Positions 49,255-60,008 are shown, counted from the first letter of the stretch. The stretch is 64,000 nt of DNA from an uncultured Bacillota bacterium (GCA_963804645.1 CAWDRG010000015.1:416001-480000); one strand, 5' to 3'. Made by a program: numbers and translations. The notes: a model not told the origin generated them from the sequence alone.

Positions 49255-49776
49255 GCGTCGGAATACGCACGCCGATCGAGACGAACTCCTGCCCTGGCAC
49301 CGCCACACGGCGTCGGGGCGCACGTTTCTCTTGGTTCGGCTGGCGGCCTGCCTGGGGTGCGCAGCCTCGGTTAGAGGGATCGGCGTAACCGGCCAGCGCG
49401 GGGCGTCCCGCGCGTCGCCAAGGGGTGGATAGGCTGGCGCGGTCCCCCGGGGCGTTCACGGTTCTTCACCGGGGCGTCATCGAGGCGGGGCGCCGCCTTT
49501 ATCCCTGACACCTGCTATGGACGGCCTCGCCCAACTGTCCCTCTGATAAGTGAGAATCTTTCGAATGGAGGATGGGCGAGTCGTCCCGCAAGTGCAACAT
49601 TCATATAAAGGGCAAGAACTCGGTGGTGCGTCTGACTTTGGGAGGGGTCATGATAGCAACCACGACACGGCTTTCCCTGGGGGAATGTTGAACTACCCGG
49701 GGTCCCTGGGGCGAGTTCCTCGTCCTAGGGGGGGCTTGTGCTATTGGGGCCAGCTTATTCCTGAGAGGAGCGTCAA

Positions 49777-50652
49777 ATGACAAAAGGGAAAATAGGCTTA
49801 CTCTCTGGGGTGTTGCTGAGCGTAGTGTGTCTCATAAGCTTCTCAGGCACCGCCAGCGCAGATGAGTACATTTACGGCAACAATGCCAGCTACGGTCCGG
49901 ACACTGTCTCCCAAATCGACATCACGACAGGAACGGTAACCAACAACATTGTTGTATCGCCCGGAAATGGGCGAGGCGTCGTCCAAGTCGGCAACATCCT
50001 GTATACAACCACAGCCAGTTCCAATGACGTATACAAGTACGATCTCGTCTCAAACACCAGCTCAGTCGCCTTCTCGGTAACCGGCTCAAGCGCGCTATCA
50101 ACGATCTCCTACGATGGCACAAACTTCTGGATCGGCGACTACAGCGGTAGCAACAATGTGTATGAGTACTCGCCGACGGGCACCCTCCTGAAGACCGTTC
50201 CCTTGTCTCTGTGCACCGGTTATTGCGACGGGGTGGGGTATCTCGCTGCAAACGGCGGGGAGCTCATCTCCAATGAGTTCGATGGGTATGACGCTAACTC
50301 CCCATACGATATCTACAATCTCAGCGGAACGCTACTGCAGGCCGGTTTCATCAATTCGGCGACCGGCTGCACCACCAGCCCCGGATCCACCGGACTGGCT
50401 TTCGACGGGACTGACTATTTCATCTCGTGCATTAACGAATCCACGTTGGCTGAGTATAATCTCGCTGGAACGTTTGTCCAAGACATACCATTCACGGGTG
50501 ATAACAGCAACGCTGGCCCTCTGGTGGAGGGCATTTCGGCCAATTACGCAGTGGTCTTGGGCCCGGTGCCTGAGCCCAGCACGCTGATGCTTTTCGGCCC
50601 GCTTGGGCTCGCGATGCTCCCAATTCTTCGGCGCCGCAGGTTCCGCAAGTAG
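49777..50652 (+). CDS. PEP-CTERM sorting-signal surface protein (beta-propeller-like body)
   Basis: Signal peptide ending ASA; Ser/Thr/Asn-rich body; C-terminal VPEPSTLMLFGPLGLAMLPILRRRRFRK. Confidence 0.93.
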   Translation: MTKGKIGLLSGVLLSVVCLISFSGTASADEYIYGNNASYGPDTVSQIDITTGTVTNNIVVSPGNGRGVVQVGNILYTTTASSNDVYKYDLVSNTSSVAFSVTGSSALSTISYDGTNFWIGDYSGSNNVYEYSPTGTLLKTVPLSLCTGYCDGVGYLAANGGELISNEFDGYDANSPYDIYNLSGTLLQAGFINSATGCTTSPGSTGLAFDGTDYFISCINESTLAEYNLAGTFVQDIPFTGDNSNAGPLVEGISANYAVVLGPVPEPSTLMLFGPLGLAMLPILRRRRFRK

Positions 50653-50705
50653 GACGAAGAACCAGGGCTGCAAGGCTGGCTCGCAGTCACGGCGAAAGCG
50701 GAAAC

Positions 50706-50739
50706 AGAGAAGGCGGCCGCCCTCCGGTCGCCTTTTCTG
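50706..50739 (+). terminator. Putative intrinsic terminator
   Basis: AAGGCGGCCG-loop-CGGTCGCCTT followed by TTCT downstream of the PEP-CTERM gene. Confidence 0.6.
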
Positions 50740-51129
50740 CTTCCTGGCGACGGACCGACATCGACGCGCTCCGAATGAGGGGAGGGCGTCGCGCCCGCGC
50801 CAGCGGTCCGGGTGGGTCCGCGTGACGTTCCGAGGCGCCGGTGAGGCTGACCGCGATTTGACACGTGATGTCCGAGAACGTTGCGGCAAATTCCTTTCAT
50901 ATGGTTGGTCTGATGTGGCGGAGTGCGTCGGACCAGTTTCGTCGATTCTGTTCCATACCCGCCGATAATACCGTTACGCTCGATGCGAAACGGCTCAAGC
51001 GGGAATTCCGCGGCGAACTGTAGGCTAAGAAGTGGAAGTCTGCGCCGTCCTGGGTCGCCTGTTCAGCCGCGTGCAACGTCGTGATCGGCTTCCCGAAGCT
51101 CACCTCACCGCAAGTTTCGGAATCGGTCC

Positions 51130-51989
51130 TGCAAGCGGCCGATGGCGCGCGCGCCGCGGTGGCTAGAACCATTGTCTCGATCCAGAAGACACGGTGCGCC
51201 CGGGCATAGGCGCGCGTCGTCATCACTTGCTCCACCAGCCGATCGAACGGCAGGATCCCCGTGCGTGGTTCACAGCGTCCAAAGAGCTTGGCCTGGTGGC
51301 AGTCCCAGGCGGCGAGATATTGCAACGTCCCCCCTCGCTCATACTCGTGCTCGACCCGCATCGCCCGCGCCCGGGCGGCGGCGGCAGCGGGCCTGGATCG
51401 ACGTCTTTTCTTCGGCCGACCGCACATACTCGTCAGGGCGCAAGACGTGGCCGTCAAACGTACGTTGGTAGAGGTCCAGGACGACACCGGCCCGGCGCCC
51501 AACCGCGGGTCCCGGGGGAAGACCCAGCGGCGGTGCTGCCACGGGTTGATGGCGTCTTCCGACAGCCAGTGCCAGATCGTCGTGTCGGAGATCGCGGCCA
51601 CCACGCCGCGCGCGATCGCCGCCGCCCGAATATCGGGAATCTGGAAACGCGACAGAGGGACGCCCAGTTTGGCGGGCATTTCACAGGCCAGCGCCTTGAC
51701 CTCGACGACGACGTCGGGCGGGAAAGACCGCCGGGGGTCCGGTCCGGCTGCGTTCTTGCAGGCCCGGCAGGCCTTCTTCAAAGAATCGCTTCCGCCATTT
51801 CGAGACGATCTGCCGCGGCAAATCGATGCGCGCCGCGATGGCTTCATTCGACAGGCCCTGAGCCGCATAGAGTACGACTTTCGCCCGCACGACGTCCCGA
51901 TACGATGACGAATATTTCCCCGCGACGGCTTCCAGGGCCTGCCGTTCGGTTGTGGAGAGCTCGATGCGAAATGGACTGCTCCTAGCCAT
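51130..51989 (-). pseudogene. IS630-family transposase remnant
   Basis: HTH part (VVRAKVVL, IVSKWRKRF), PWQHRRWVFPRDP, EKTSIQAR, RVEHEYERGGT, FDRLVEQVM; multiple frameshifts, 3' truncated. Confidence 0.88.
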
Positions 51990-52074
51990 CCCCCCTCCCT
52001 TCGAGGAGAGCATACCCTGAACGACCGGTAGAAAGCTAGAAACTATTCGTCATCGTATGTATGGTGGAGACTGC

Positions 52075-52794
52075 TTAGGGCAACGGGCCAGGGGGGTCGG
52101 TGGTTCCCGACCGCGCTCCGTTGGTGGCGAGGGACCCATTGGTGATGGCGACGGCCAGGGCCTGAGTGCGGTTCCGGACCCCGAGCTTCCGGTAGATCGC
52201 CCGGAGATGACTCTTGACCGTGGACTCAGACAAGAACAGCTTCGTCGCCGTCCGCTTGTCGCTCAACCCCTCGGCGAGAGCGGCGAGGATGTGCAGTTCT
52301 CGTTCGCTCAGACGGTGCGGGCCCCTTCGTGCGGGGTCGACGCGCGACCTGTCGTGCGTGCCGTTGTTGAGCACGTACTGAGCCATCTCCGCGCCGACCA
52401 TCGCATGGCCGTGGCGGATGGCTTGGATCGCGGTCACCAGTTTGTCGGGGTCGACGTCCTTCAGGAAGTAGCCGGCGGCCCCCGCGGCTGAGGCTCGCCG
52501 GAGGAGCTCGGGACTTCCGTGCGACGCCAGGATCAAGACCTGCGTCGCAGGGCACTCCTGCCGGATCGCCTGGGTCGCCTCGAGTCCGTCCCCGTCGCGC
52601 CACTCGAGGTCCATCAACACCACGTCCGGGCGTAGCTCGCGCGATCGGATGACGGCCTCGCGCGCCGCGCTCGCTTCGCCCACGATCTCGATGTCTCGCG
52701 CCCACCGCGCGTGTTCCAGCAGGGCGTGCAATCCCCGCCGGAACAGGGTATGGTCATCGGCGATTAGTGTTCGGACTCTCGGTTCATCCATCAT
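52075..52794 (-). CDS. NarL/LuxR-family response regulator
   Basis: IADDH, PDVVLMD, GYFLKD receiver; LSERE...TKLFLSESTVKSHL HTH. Confidence 0.93.
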   Translation of the reverse strand: MMDEPRVRTLIADDHTLFRRGLHALLEHARWARDIEIVGEASAAREAVIRSRELRPDVVLMDLEWRDGDGLEATQAIRQECPATQVLILASHGSPELLRRASAAGAAGYFLKDVDPDKLVTAIQAIRHGHAMVGAEMAQYVLNNGTHDRSRVDPARRGPHRLSERELHILAALAEGLSDKRTATKLFLSESTVKSHLRAIYRKLGVRNRTQALAVAITNGSLATNGARSGTTDPPGPLP

Positions 52795-53205
52795 GTGTCC
52801 ACCAGGCCCACGGACGGGCGTCACCCGGCCCGTCGCATTCAGTAGTGACTCATCGCCCCGCCAGCCCGCGGTTTACAGATTTGGCCTGCTCGTGCCCCCA
52901 CCCGCTTGTACCCGTTTCGATCGAGATTCGAGACCACGAGTGCATACACGGGGTCCGCGCGATGCGATCATGCCATCGTTCCGTGCCGGGTATGCGGGGT
53001 CGCGCACGCCGCGTGCGGGGCCCTGAGATTACACGCGTAGTGTAGATCACGCGACCCGATCGCACCATGGGATCTTGGGACTAGCCCGATCGGCCTACGG
53101 CAAGCGAGCGGGAGCGCGGACCGGCGCCGCCGCCGCGTCCCGGGGATCGCGCGCCGTGGTAAGGTGAAGTGTGGGCCGGATCGACGTGGTTCGTGGAGGT
53201 GGAGG

Positions 53206-53454
53206 GTGGCATTTGATGCGGGGCAGCAGCGTTTCCTAACCAACCCGTTGTGGCGGTGGCGCATCGTGCATCGTCGCGACGCCCGCGAGGTCGAAAACAT
53301 TCTGCGGCTCGTGCCGGGGCGGGTGGAGCGTCTTGAACTCGGCGACGCGGCACCGACGCCGCTCGAGCTACGGAAGTTGGAGCGGTTGACCGGCCTCGCC
53401 GACCTCGAACGCCAATGGGAGGTGTGGGCGGCTCAGCGGCCCACCGTATCGTAA
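53206..53454 (+). CDS. Hypothetical small protein, possibly HTH-like
   Basis: GGAGG RBS before GTG 53206; VERLELGDAAPTPLELRKL resembles an XRE helix. Confidence 0.45.
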   Translation: MAFDAGQQRFLTNPLWRWRIVHRRDAREVENILRLVPGRVERLELGDAAPTPLELRKLERLTGLADLERQWEVWAAQRPTVS

Positions 53455-53548
53455 GACCGCCGATATCCGGGCCTCGGGTTCGCGTCTTTGTTCGGGGCGG
53501 GGTCCGGAACGCGCTCGACGGCGGTCGCGGCAGGGAGGGGGGACGTTC

Positions 53549-54568
53549 GTGTTGGGTGAGCCGATCCGGGTGGCGGCCGCCGACTTTTCTGTCCGAGATA
53601 TCCCGGTGGGCGTCCGGCAGCGGCTTCGCTTGGTGATCGACCGGCTACCCGATGGCCAGGATCTCGCCATGCCGGCCCTGGTCGCGCGCGGGTGCAAGGC
53701 TGGGAAGACGCTGCTCGTGACCGGCGCCGTCCACGGCGACGAGTACGAGGGACCGATCGCGATTCAGGACGTGTTCGCGGAGCTGGATCCGGCGAGGATG
53801 CGGGGGACGTTCGTCGGGGTGCCCGTCACGAATGGGCCGGCGTTTTCGGTGGCAACGCGCGAGGGCGCCTGGGATCACCAGAACTTGGCGCGGATCTTTC
53901 CGGGGCGCCGGGACGGCACGCCGAGCGAGCGAATCGCGCACGCGTACGTGACGCATCTGCTCCCGCAGGTCGACCTGCTGCTCGACATGCACAGCGGGGG
54001 AAACGGATACGCGATGCACCCGCTTGCGGGCTATCAGATGCGCCAGGGTGATCTGGGACGCGTCCAGCGCGCTGCGGCGATCGCCTTCGGCTTGGACCTC
54101 GTCTGGGGCACCGGTGGGCTGCCCGGCCGTTCGCTCTCGGCCGCCGGCGAGCGCGGCCTGCCCGCGATCTACGTGGAGATGCCCGGTGAGGGGCGCTGCC
54201 GGCCCGTGGACCGGCGCGTGGCAGCCCGCGGCATTCGAAACGTCATGACGTTCCTTGGGATTCTTGAGGGCGCGTATCCAGTCGATCCACCGCGTCATCT
54301 TGTCGAGATGTCGGCGCAGGGGTCCGGTCACCTGCAGGTCGATCATCTGAGTCCGACGTCGGGGCTGTTTGTGTCCGCGGTCGCCGTCTGGGACCGCGTC
54401 ACGGCTGGCCAGCGGCTCGGCGAGGTGCGCGATCCGGATGGGGCGGTGCTCGCCGAAGTGGCGGCGGCCCGTGCGGGGCGCGTGCTGTTTCTCCGCACAC
54501 TTCCGCGCGTCGTGTCCGGCGATGCGTTGGCATTCGTGCTGCCGCTGGCCGAGGATGTCGCTCCGTGA
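53549..54568 (+). CDS. Succinylglutamate desuccinylase/aspartoacylase-family (M14-like) hydrolase
   Basis: GAVHGDEYEG, NLARIFPG...G..SE, LDMHSGG, C-terminal biotinyl-like domain. Confidence 0.9.
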   Translation: MLGEPIRVAAADFSVRDIPVGVRQRLRLVIDRLPDGQDLAMPALVARGCKAGKTLLVTGAVHGDEYEGPIAIQDVFAELDPARMRGTFVGVPVTNGPAFSVATREGAWDHQNLARIFPGRRDGTPSERIAHAYVTHLLPQVDLLLDMHSGGNGYAMHPLAGYQMRQGDLGRVQRAAAIAFGLDLVWGTGGLPGRSLSAAGERGLPAIYVEMPGEGRCRPVDRRVAARGIRNVMTFLGILEGAYPVDPPRHLVEMSAQGSGHLQVDHLSPTSGLFVSAVAVWDRVTAGQRLGEVRDPDGAVLAEVAAARAGRVLFLRTLPRVVSGDALAFVLPLAEDVAP

Positions 54569-55116
54569 CCACGGCTGCACACGTTCCGCCGGTCGCGACG
54601 CCGGTCCCGGCAGCGTAGCGCATCTCCCGCGGCAGGGGTCTCGGCCGGGGCCCCACCGCGTGTCTTGCCGAGGGGCGACACGTATCCGCCCGCGGACGAT
54701 CGTTCGGCGAAACGCGGGCTGCGCAGCCTGGCGACATAGCCTTCCGCATCCGCACGTGTGAAAATTGCCTGGCCCGTGAGACAACTCTGCGGCTCGAACG
54801 TCTTCAGAGATGAGGGCGCACCGCAGGGTCGCGGGGTGGTTGCAGAGGGCCGAACTGGTGCCTCGTGCGCTTCCTCCGGCGAGGGTGCGGAGTGGTTGGA
54901 CGCTTCCGGCGGTTCGGTCGCGAGAGCAGCAAAGGTACGTGGTACGCGACTCGTCGGGCCTGGGGGGGAGTCGACGAGCTCTGCGGGCCCCTTGCGGTTG
55001 GCCGCCGGAAGCGAAGTTTCCATCGTGGACGAGAAATCTCTGGCGGTCGCGCTCGGGCCCGCACGGCCGTGGGTGACGAGTGGCCCAGTCGCCGCCAGGC
55101 CTCTCTTGGCCGGCAG

Positions 55117-55791
55117 ATGTTCCCCCCCATCGGGACCGGCCAAACACGGCCGGACGCCAAAGACGCGAAAGATGATGGGGGGCGGGGCGTGGATCGGCGT
55201 CGTCTGGCGGTTCGGGGCATGCTCGTCGCGGCCGGAGCGGCCCTCGTGTCCCAGCTCATCGTGGTCGGGGCGGTGCCGCGCGTTCTCGGCGCCATCGAAC
55301 CCGAGTCCTACGTCCTCCCATATCGCGCCACCGACGCGCAGCCGAGCAATGTGCTCGCGCGTGAGGCGTTCGTTCTGCTGAACCAGGCCCGCGCCGCCGT
55401 GGGGCTCGCGCCGCTCGAGCGCCAGGATGCGCTCGACGCCATTGCCCGCGGGTACGCATGCGCACTGTTCGCGGCCGGCTTTCTGTCTCACGTGTCCCCA
55501 GACGGCGGGGGTCCCCGAGCGCGTCTCCTCGCGGCCGGCGTCCAGGCGGATGTCTTGGGAGAGAATCTCGCGTATGCCGCGAGTGTGCCTGACGCACACG
55601 ATGCGCTGATGGCCAGCCTGCCGCACCGGGAGAACATCCTGTACGCCGGATACCGCCGGCTAGGGATCGGCGTCGCCGATGGGGCCCGGAAAGGCGTGGT
55701 CGTGGTCGAGGACTTCGCGAGCGACGTCCGCTTGTCCAGGCGGCCACCCGCGCCGGAAACGGAACTGCTCGTCGGGCCCACAATTCCCTAA
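55117..55791 (+). CDS. CAP/SCP-domain membrane-anchored protein
   Basis: LLNQAR..GL.PL, FLSHVSPDG, GENLA, LMASLPHRENIL, LGIGV; start uncertain. Confidence 0.85.
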   Translation: MFPPIGTGQTRPDAKDAKDDGGRGVDRRRLAVRGMLVAAGAALVSQLIVVGAVPRVLGAIEPESYVLPYRATDAQPSNVLAREAFVLLNQARAAVGLAPLERQDALDAIARGYACALFAAGFLSHVSPDGGGPRARLLAAGVQADVLGENLAYAASVPDAHDALMASLPHRENILYAGYRRLGIGVADGARKGVVVVEDFASDVRLSRRPPAPETELLVGPTIP

Positions 55792-56371
55792 CACGCTCGG
55801 CACGGAGGGGGCGGGCGCCCGCGCGCTCAACCGCCTCGCCCAGAGGCGGGCATCGCTTCCGGGAGAGGTCACTCGCGGCATGCGGCGTCCTGCCATCAAA
55901 GCGTATTCTGAACCTCACTTTCCCCGAGCAGCCGAAGCCCCGTATCGGATTCGGCCGATAGATCATCGGCAGAATGGGCGCGGTCTGGGGGTATCCCGGG
56001 TTGGGTTCACGCGGCGCCCGACGTCGGTGCGACCGGCTGGTTCCACCTACAGCGGGCCGCGGTGGTCCATCGGTGCCCGTTCGGCTGCTAAACCGCGCGG
56101 GGCCTGTTGCAGCGATCCACGGTGTCCGCCACGCTTGCCATCATCCTTTTGGAGCAAGATCCCTCATTCGATTGATCCAGGAATGACCTTTGCAGGGCGC
56201 AAGAAACAGGTGTGACGACCAGACCCCCGTCACGGGTTCGCCCGGACGCGCTTTGCGGTCTCGGCGCGAGACGGAATCGTTCAAGCGCAAGATGGGAATC
56301 ACGTCAAAAGATGACTAAATCACACACTGCCCGATGTGGTTCAGGTCGAGAGTGTTCGGTCAGACGCCGCT

Positions 56372-56680
56372 GACCTGTCCCTCCGCCTGCTGGATCCCGC
56401 CCGTGGTGCGATACAGAGTTCGTTCTGAATGCGAACGGCACGTTGAGCACGTTGGCGAACTCACCGAACCCGTACGACGGCGCTGACGACCAGCTGATCG
56501 GCGTCATCAACAACGATCCGAACTTCAATATCGGTGGCATCAACCTCACCAGGCCGTCCGACCTCTTCGGGTTCGACGGCAACGGCATCTGCACGCACGG
56601 GCCGTTGAACCCATTCGGGAACACCGTGGCCACACCGTCGGGGATTCTGGGGTACTGCACGCAGGACCAGCGCAACCCCG
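56372..56680 (+). pseudogene. Fragment of a secreted protein of the kind usually carrying PEP-CTERM
   Basis: PYDGADDQLIGVINN...LFGFDGNGIC; no intact start or sorting signal. Confidence 0.5.
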
Positions 56681-57043
56681 CTCACGAACGGGGAGCCACA
56701 CGTCGTGGCGAACGAAGGCCCGGTCTCCCGGACCGTCTCCGGCTCGCGCAACCACTAGCGCGTTGTGGCAGCCGCCGGGCCGCGCTGCTCCGTGGTTCTC
56801 GAGGGTAAACGGACACGTTCCGCGGATGCGCCGCGTGTCCCGCGCTCAGGGCCGGCGCCGCCGCTCAGCAGACTCCTGTTGTGCCGCCGCGCCGCCGATA
56901 AGCTCGCCGGCCTCAGCAGTGAGTGTCCGAGGCACGGTGTCTCCTGATCGATGCGAGAGATCCGAGCGCGGGGCAACTGACGCCGTACACGCGGCGACGG
57001 GGCGGCCGCGCGTCCTCATCCTCCGCTCTCCGCTCGGCCGGGA

Positions 57044-59365
57044 CTAGCCGCCGAGCGCTGACAGAGTCCTGCGCGCGTCGTCGGAGCCGACAAACGGCTG
57101 GTGCAGGCCGAGCGCCGTGGTCAGTTCCTGCTTCGCCATCGCATGGTTTCCCGCACTGTCGTACGCCATTCCGAGATGGTAGTGGACCGCGGCATCGTTG
57201 GAAAGCCCGCGCGCGCTCTCCTGCAGAAGCGGAATGGCGTCCTGGACGCGTCCCTTGCGATAGTACGCCCATCCGAGTGTGTCCGCGATGCGGGGGTCGT
57301 TCGGGGACGCGCGCCGCGCCGTCTCCGCCAGGGTGACGGCCCGATCGATACTGCCCCCGTGCTCGAGGTAGGACCAGGCGAGATTGTTCGCCGCGGGTGC
57401 GAACGTGGGAGAGATGGCCAGCGCGCGCTGGTACGCCGACTGGGCCTCCGCGCTGTTCCCCTCCTGCTCGTACAGTCCCCCGACGACGACGTAGGGGGGA
57501 AGAAAGTGGGGGTTGCGCTGGATGGCTTCGTTGTACTTGCCCACCGCCATTTCATACGCATGCTCGTGCGCGTACAAATTGGCCAGCATGAGATATGATC
57601 CCGGGGTGTTTTGGTCGAGCGCGATCGCTTTGTAGAATGCTTGCTCGGCCCTGTCATTCTGGCCCAGCACCTGGTAGGTCGTGCCGAGCAGATCCTGCAA
57701 CGCCGGGTTCTTCGGGAAGCGCGCGATGGTGGCTTGGATGCGTTGAATCGCCAGATCGTTCTGATGTGCGGTGATGGCGATCGCCGCCTCCTGTTCGAGC
57801 GCCTGAATCTGCTGGGGATCGATCGCGAGGGCCGCGTCGAACGCGCGCATGGCGTCCGCCGTGCGGCCCGAGAACCGATACGCGATGCCGAGGCGAATCA
57901 GCACGTTGGGGTCCTTCGGCACCAACGCGGCCGCGCGCTGGTAGGCATCGATCGCCTGGGGAAACTGGTGCACGTTCACGAAGAAATCGCCGAGCAGTAC
58001 CTGCGCGGCCGGGTTCCGCGGGGTGCTTGCGACGAGGTGTTCCACGTCGCTTCGCGCCACGTCGATGTGGCCGGCCCGCACGTCCAGGCCCGCCAGCGCC
58101 GACACGGCGTCGACCAGGCCTGGATTGATACTCACCGCTTCGGCAAACTGTTCGCGCGCCAGCGCGACGTCTCCGTTTGCCAGATACGCCTTGCCCAGAT
58201 AGTCGCGCGCAATCGCCGCGCGCGGCTGCGCCTCGATGACCTTCTGAAACGCCTGGACCGCCCCGGTCGGGTTGTTCATCGCCAGCGCGAGGCGCCCCGC
58301 GAAGAACTGCACCACTGGGTCGTCAGGATGGGCCGCCGTAAGCTGTTGGACGCCGGCCTGCGCTTGGGCGAGTTTCCCCTGAGATTCCAGCAACCCGATC
58401 AGCTTGATCGCCGGCACGGGCGAGCCCTGGGCGCTGGCCTGCGCATGCTGGTACGCTGCGGCCGCCAAGTCGGAGTGTCCTTGCCCTACGTAGAAATCGC
58501 CGAGCGCGACCCACAGGTTCATGTTGGCTGGTATCGCACGGACGGCCGCCGCAAGCGTCGCTTGCGCCTCCGGCAGGTGATGGGTTTCTTCCAGTAGCAT
58601 GGCGAGGGCAAGGCGCGGTTCCGGATCGTTCGGGGATGCCGCGATACCCCGCTGGAACGCCTCGACCGCCGCGGCGCCGTTGCCGCGTACCGCGTACAGG
58701 GTTCCGAGGACCGCGTACGCGTGACCGGACGGCGCCTGTGCGGCGGCCTGTTCGGCCTCCTTCAACGCATCCGGCCAAGATCCGGTCCCGGCGAGCCCCT
58801 GCGCCAGGATCAACCGCGCGGCCGCGTTGCCGGGATCGGCACCCAAGACCACCTGTGCCTCCCGCGTCGCGCCGGCAAAGTTTCGACTCTTCAGCAACAG
58901 GTCCGCCATCTGCAGATGCGCGTCTCGGTCGGTCGGGGACGCCTTAAGCGCTCGGTTGAGGGCGTCGTAGGCGAGCTGCGGTTTGCCGAGCGCGAGTTCG
59001 GTGCGCGCCAGCTGATCCAAGGCGGTGACCGACGGCGACATCTGGACGACGTTCTGGAAATCGATTTCGGCTTCTTGGTAGCGCCCGGCGGCGAACGCCG
59101 CATTTCCCTGCCGCCAGTACCGTCCGAGTCGGTGGCTCGGCTGATTCGTCCACCACAGGACGGACGCGGCGGCGACGACAACGGCAAATGCGGCGATCGG
59201 CACCACGCGGCGCAACCCGCGAGATCCCCCACGGGATTGGGGGGGTACGCTGGTGCCGGTCGCGGGCGTGACCGAAGACGGACGTCGGGTGCCCAAACCG
59301 GGCAAGGCTCTTAGAAAGCGCACGATGCCCCCCTTTTGGCGGATGACCGACCGGCCAGGATACAT
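57044..59365 (-). CDS. Long TPR protein with N-terminal membrane anchor (PrsT-like, exosortase-associated)
   Basis: About 18 TPR-like repeats; C-terminal AANNLAW...ADTLGWAYY...YHLGMAY signature; start uncertain. Confidence 0.9.
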   Translation of the reverse strand: MYPGRSVIRQKGGIVRFLRALPGLGTRRPSSVTPATGTSVPPQSRGGSRGLRRVVPIAAFAVVVAAASVLWWTNQPSHRLGRYWRQGNAAFAAGRYQEAEIDFQNVVQMSPSVTALDQLARTELALGKPQLAYDALNRALKASPTDRDAHLQMADLLLKSRNFAGATREAQVVLGADPGNAAARLILAQGLAGTGSWPDALKEAEQAAAQAPSGHAYAVLGTLYAVRGNGAAAVEAFQRGIAASPNDPEPRLALAMLLEETHHLPEAQATLAAAVRAIPANMNLWVALGDFYVGQGHSDLAAAAYQHAQASAQGSPVPAIKLIGLLESQGKLAQAQAGVQQLTAAHPDDPVVQFFAGRLALAMNNPTGAVQAFQKVIEAQPRAAIARDYLGKAYLANGDVALAREQFAEAVSINPGLVDAVSALAGLDVRAGHIDVARSDVEHLVASTPRNPAAQVLLGDFFVNVHQFPQAIDAYQRAAALVPKDPNVLIRLGIAYRFSGRTADAMRAFDAALAIDPQQIQALEQEAAIAITAHQNDLAIQRIQATIARFPKNPALQDLLGTTYQVLGQNDRAEQAFYKAIALDQNTPGSYLMLANLYAHEHAYEMAVGKYNEAIQRNPHFLPPYVVVGGLYEQEGNSAEAQSAYQRALAISPTFAPAANNLAWSYLEHGGSIDRAVTLAETARRASPNDPRIADTLGWAYYRKGRVQDAIPLLQESARGLSNDAAVHYHLGMAYDSAGNHAMAKQELTTALGLHQPFVGSDDARRTLSALGG

Positions 59366-59558
59366 CTGGCCTTCAGGGTCAGACCGCTCTCATCCTAGAG
59401 CAGGAGGTCGATCGGATCTCTCCCGCAAGTGAAGGAGATCTTCTCGTTCCTTCGAGCGCATAGTTTCGGTCGCGGGATGGCTAGTCGAAATATGACGTAC
59501 GTATGTGCGTGGGTACGAAGCCAACTCTTTGACAGTCGAGGACTGGATCATCAGAGCG

Positions 59559-60008
59559 TTACGTGAAAACCGGGGTCGCGTTCACGCTCAACCAATACTG
59601 GCCGAGCGCCCTCACGACCTCGCTGAACTGCTTGAAATCCACCGGTTTCACCACGTAACTGTTCACGCCGAGGCGGTAGCACTCCAAAACATCGTCGGCC
59701 TCGAGCGACGATGTCAACACGACCACGGGGATCGTCCGAGTCACAGGATCCGCCTTCAGTCGCGTCAGCACCTCGCGGCCGTCGATTTTCGGCACGCGGA
59801 GGTCCAGCAGGACCACCTTGGGGCCGTCGCGGTCGGGCCGTCTCGGGGTGTTGCCCTCCGGGCCGAACAGGAACGTGAGGGCTTCCACGCCATCGCGCAC
59901 CACATGCACGTGCGGCGCGAGGCTGTGCACGCGGAGCGAATGCAACGCCAGTTCTACCTCGTCGAGGTTGTCCTCGACGAGAAGGATCTCGATGGACCGG
60001 TCACTCAT
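59559..60008 (-). CDS. Single-domain response regulator (Rcp1/CheY-like)
   Basis: ILLVEDN, VLLDLRVPKIDG, PVVVLTSS, NSYVVKPV. Confidence 0.93.
   Translation of the reverse strand: MSDRSIEILLVEDNLDEVELALHSLRVHSLAPHVHVVRDGVEALTFLFGPEGNTPRRPDRDGPKVVLLDLRVPKIDGREVLTRLKADPVTRTIPVVVLTSSLEADDVLECYRLGVNSYVVKPVDFKQFSEVVRALGQYWLSVNATPVFT

Larger units (their letters stand above)
43672..49269 (-). mobile_element. IS21-family element, disrupted by nested insertions
   Basis: Terminal IRs TGCGTATTCCGA/TCGGAATACGCA, 5-bp target duplication CGCCG (43667-43671, 49270-49274), subterminal 18-bp repeat arrays, istA and istB remnants. Confidence 0.95.

Noticed and set aside
52061..52071. 11-bp match (ATGGTGGAGAC) to the tRNA-Ala 3' end as a possible island boundary
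   Set aside because: Inverted relative to the tRNA, does not extend on either side, and is short enough to be chance
54570..55110. Long intergenic stretch as ncRNA or gene
   Set aside because: No recognisable motif, convincing structure or coding signal by eye
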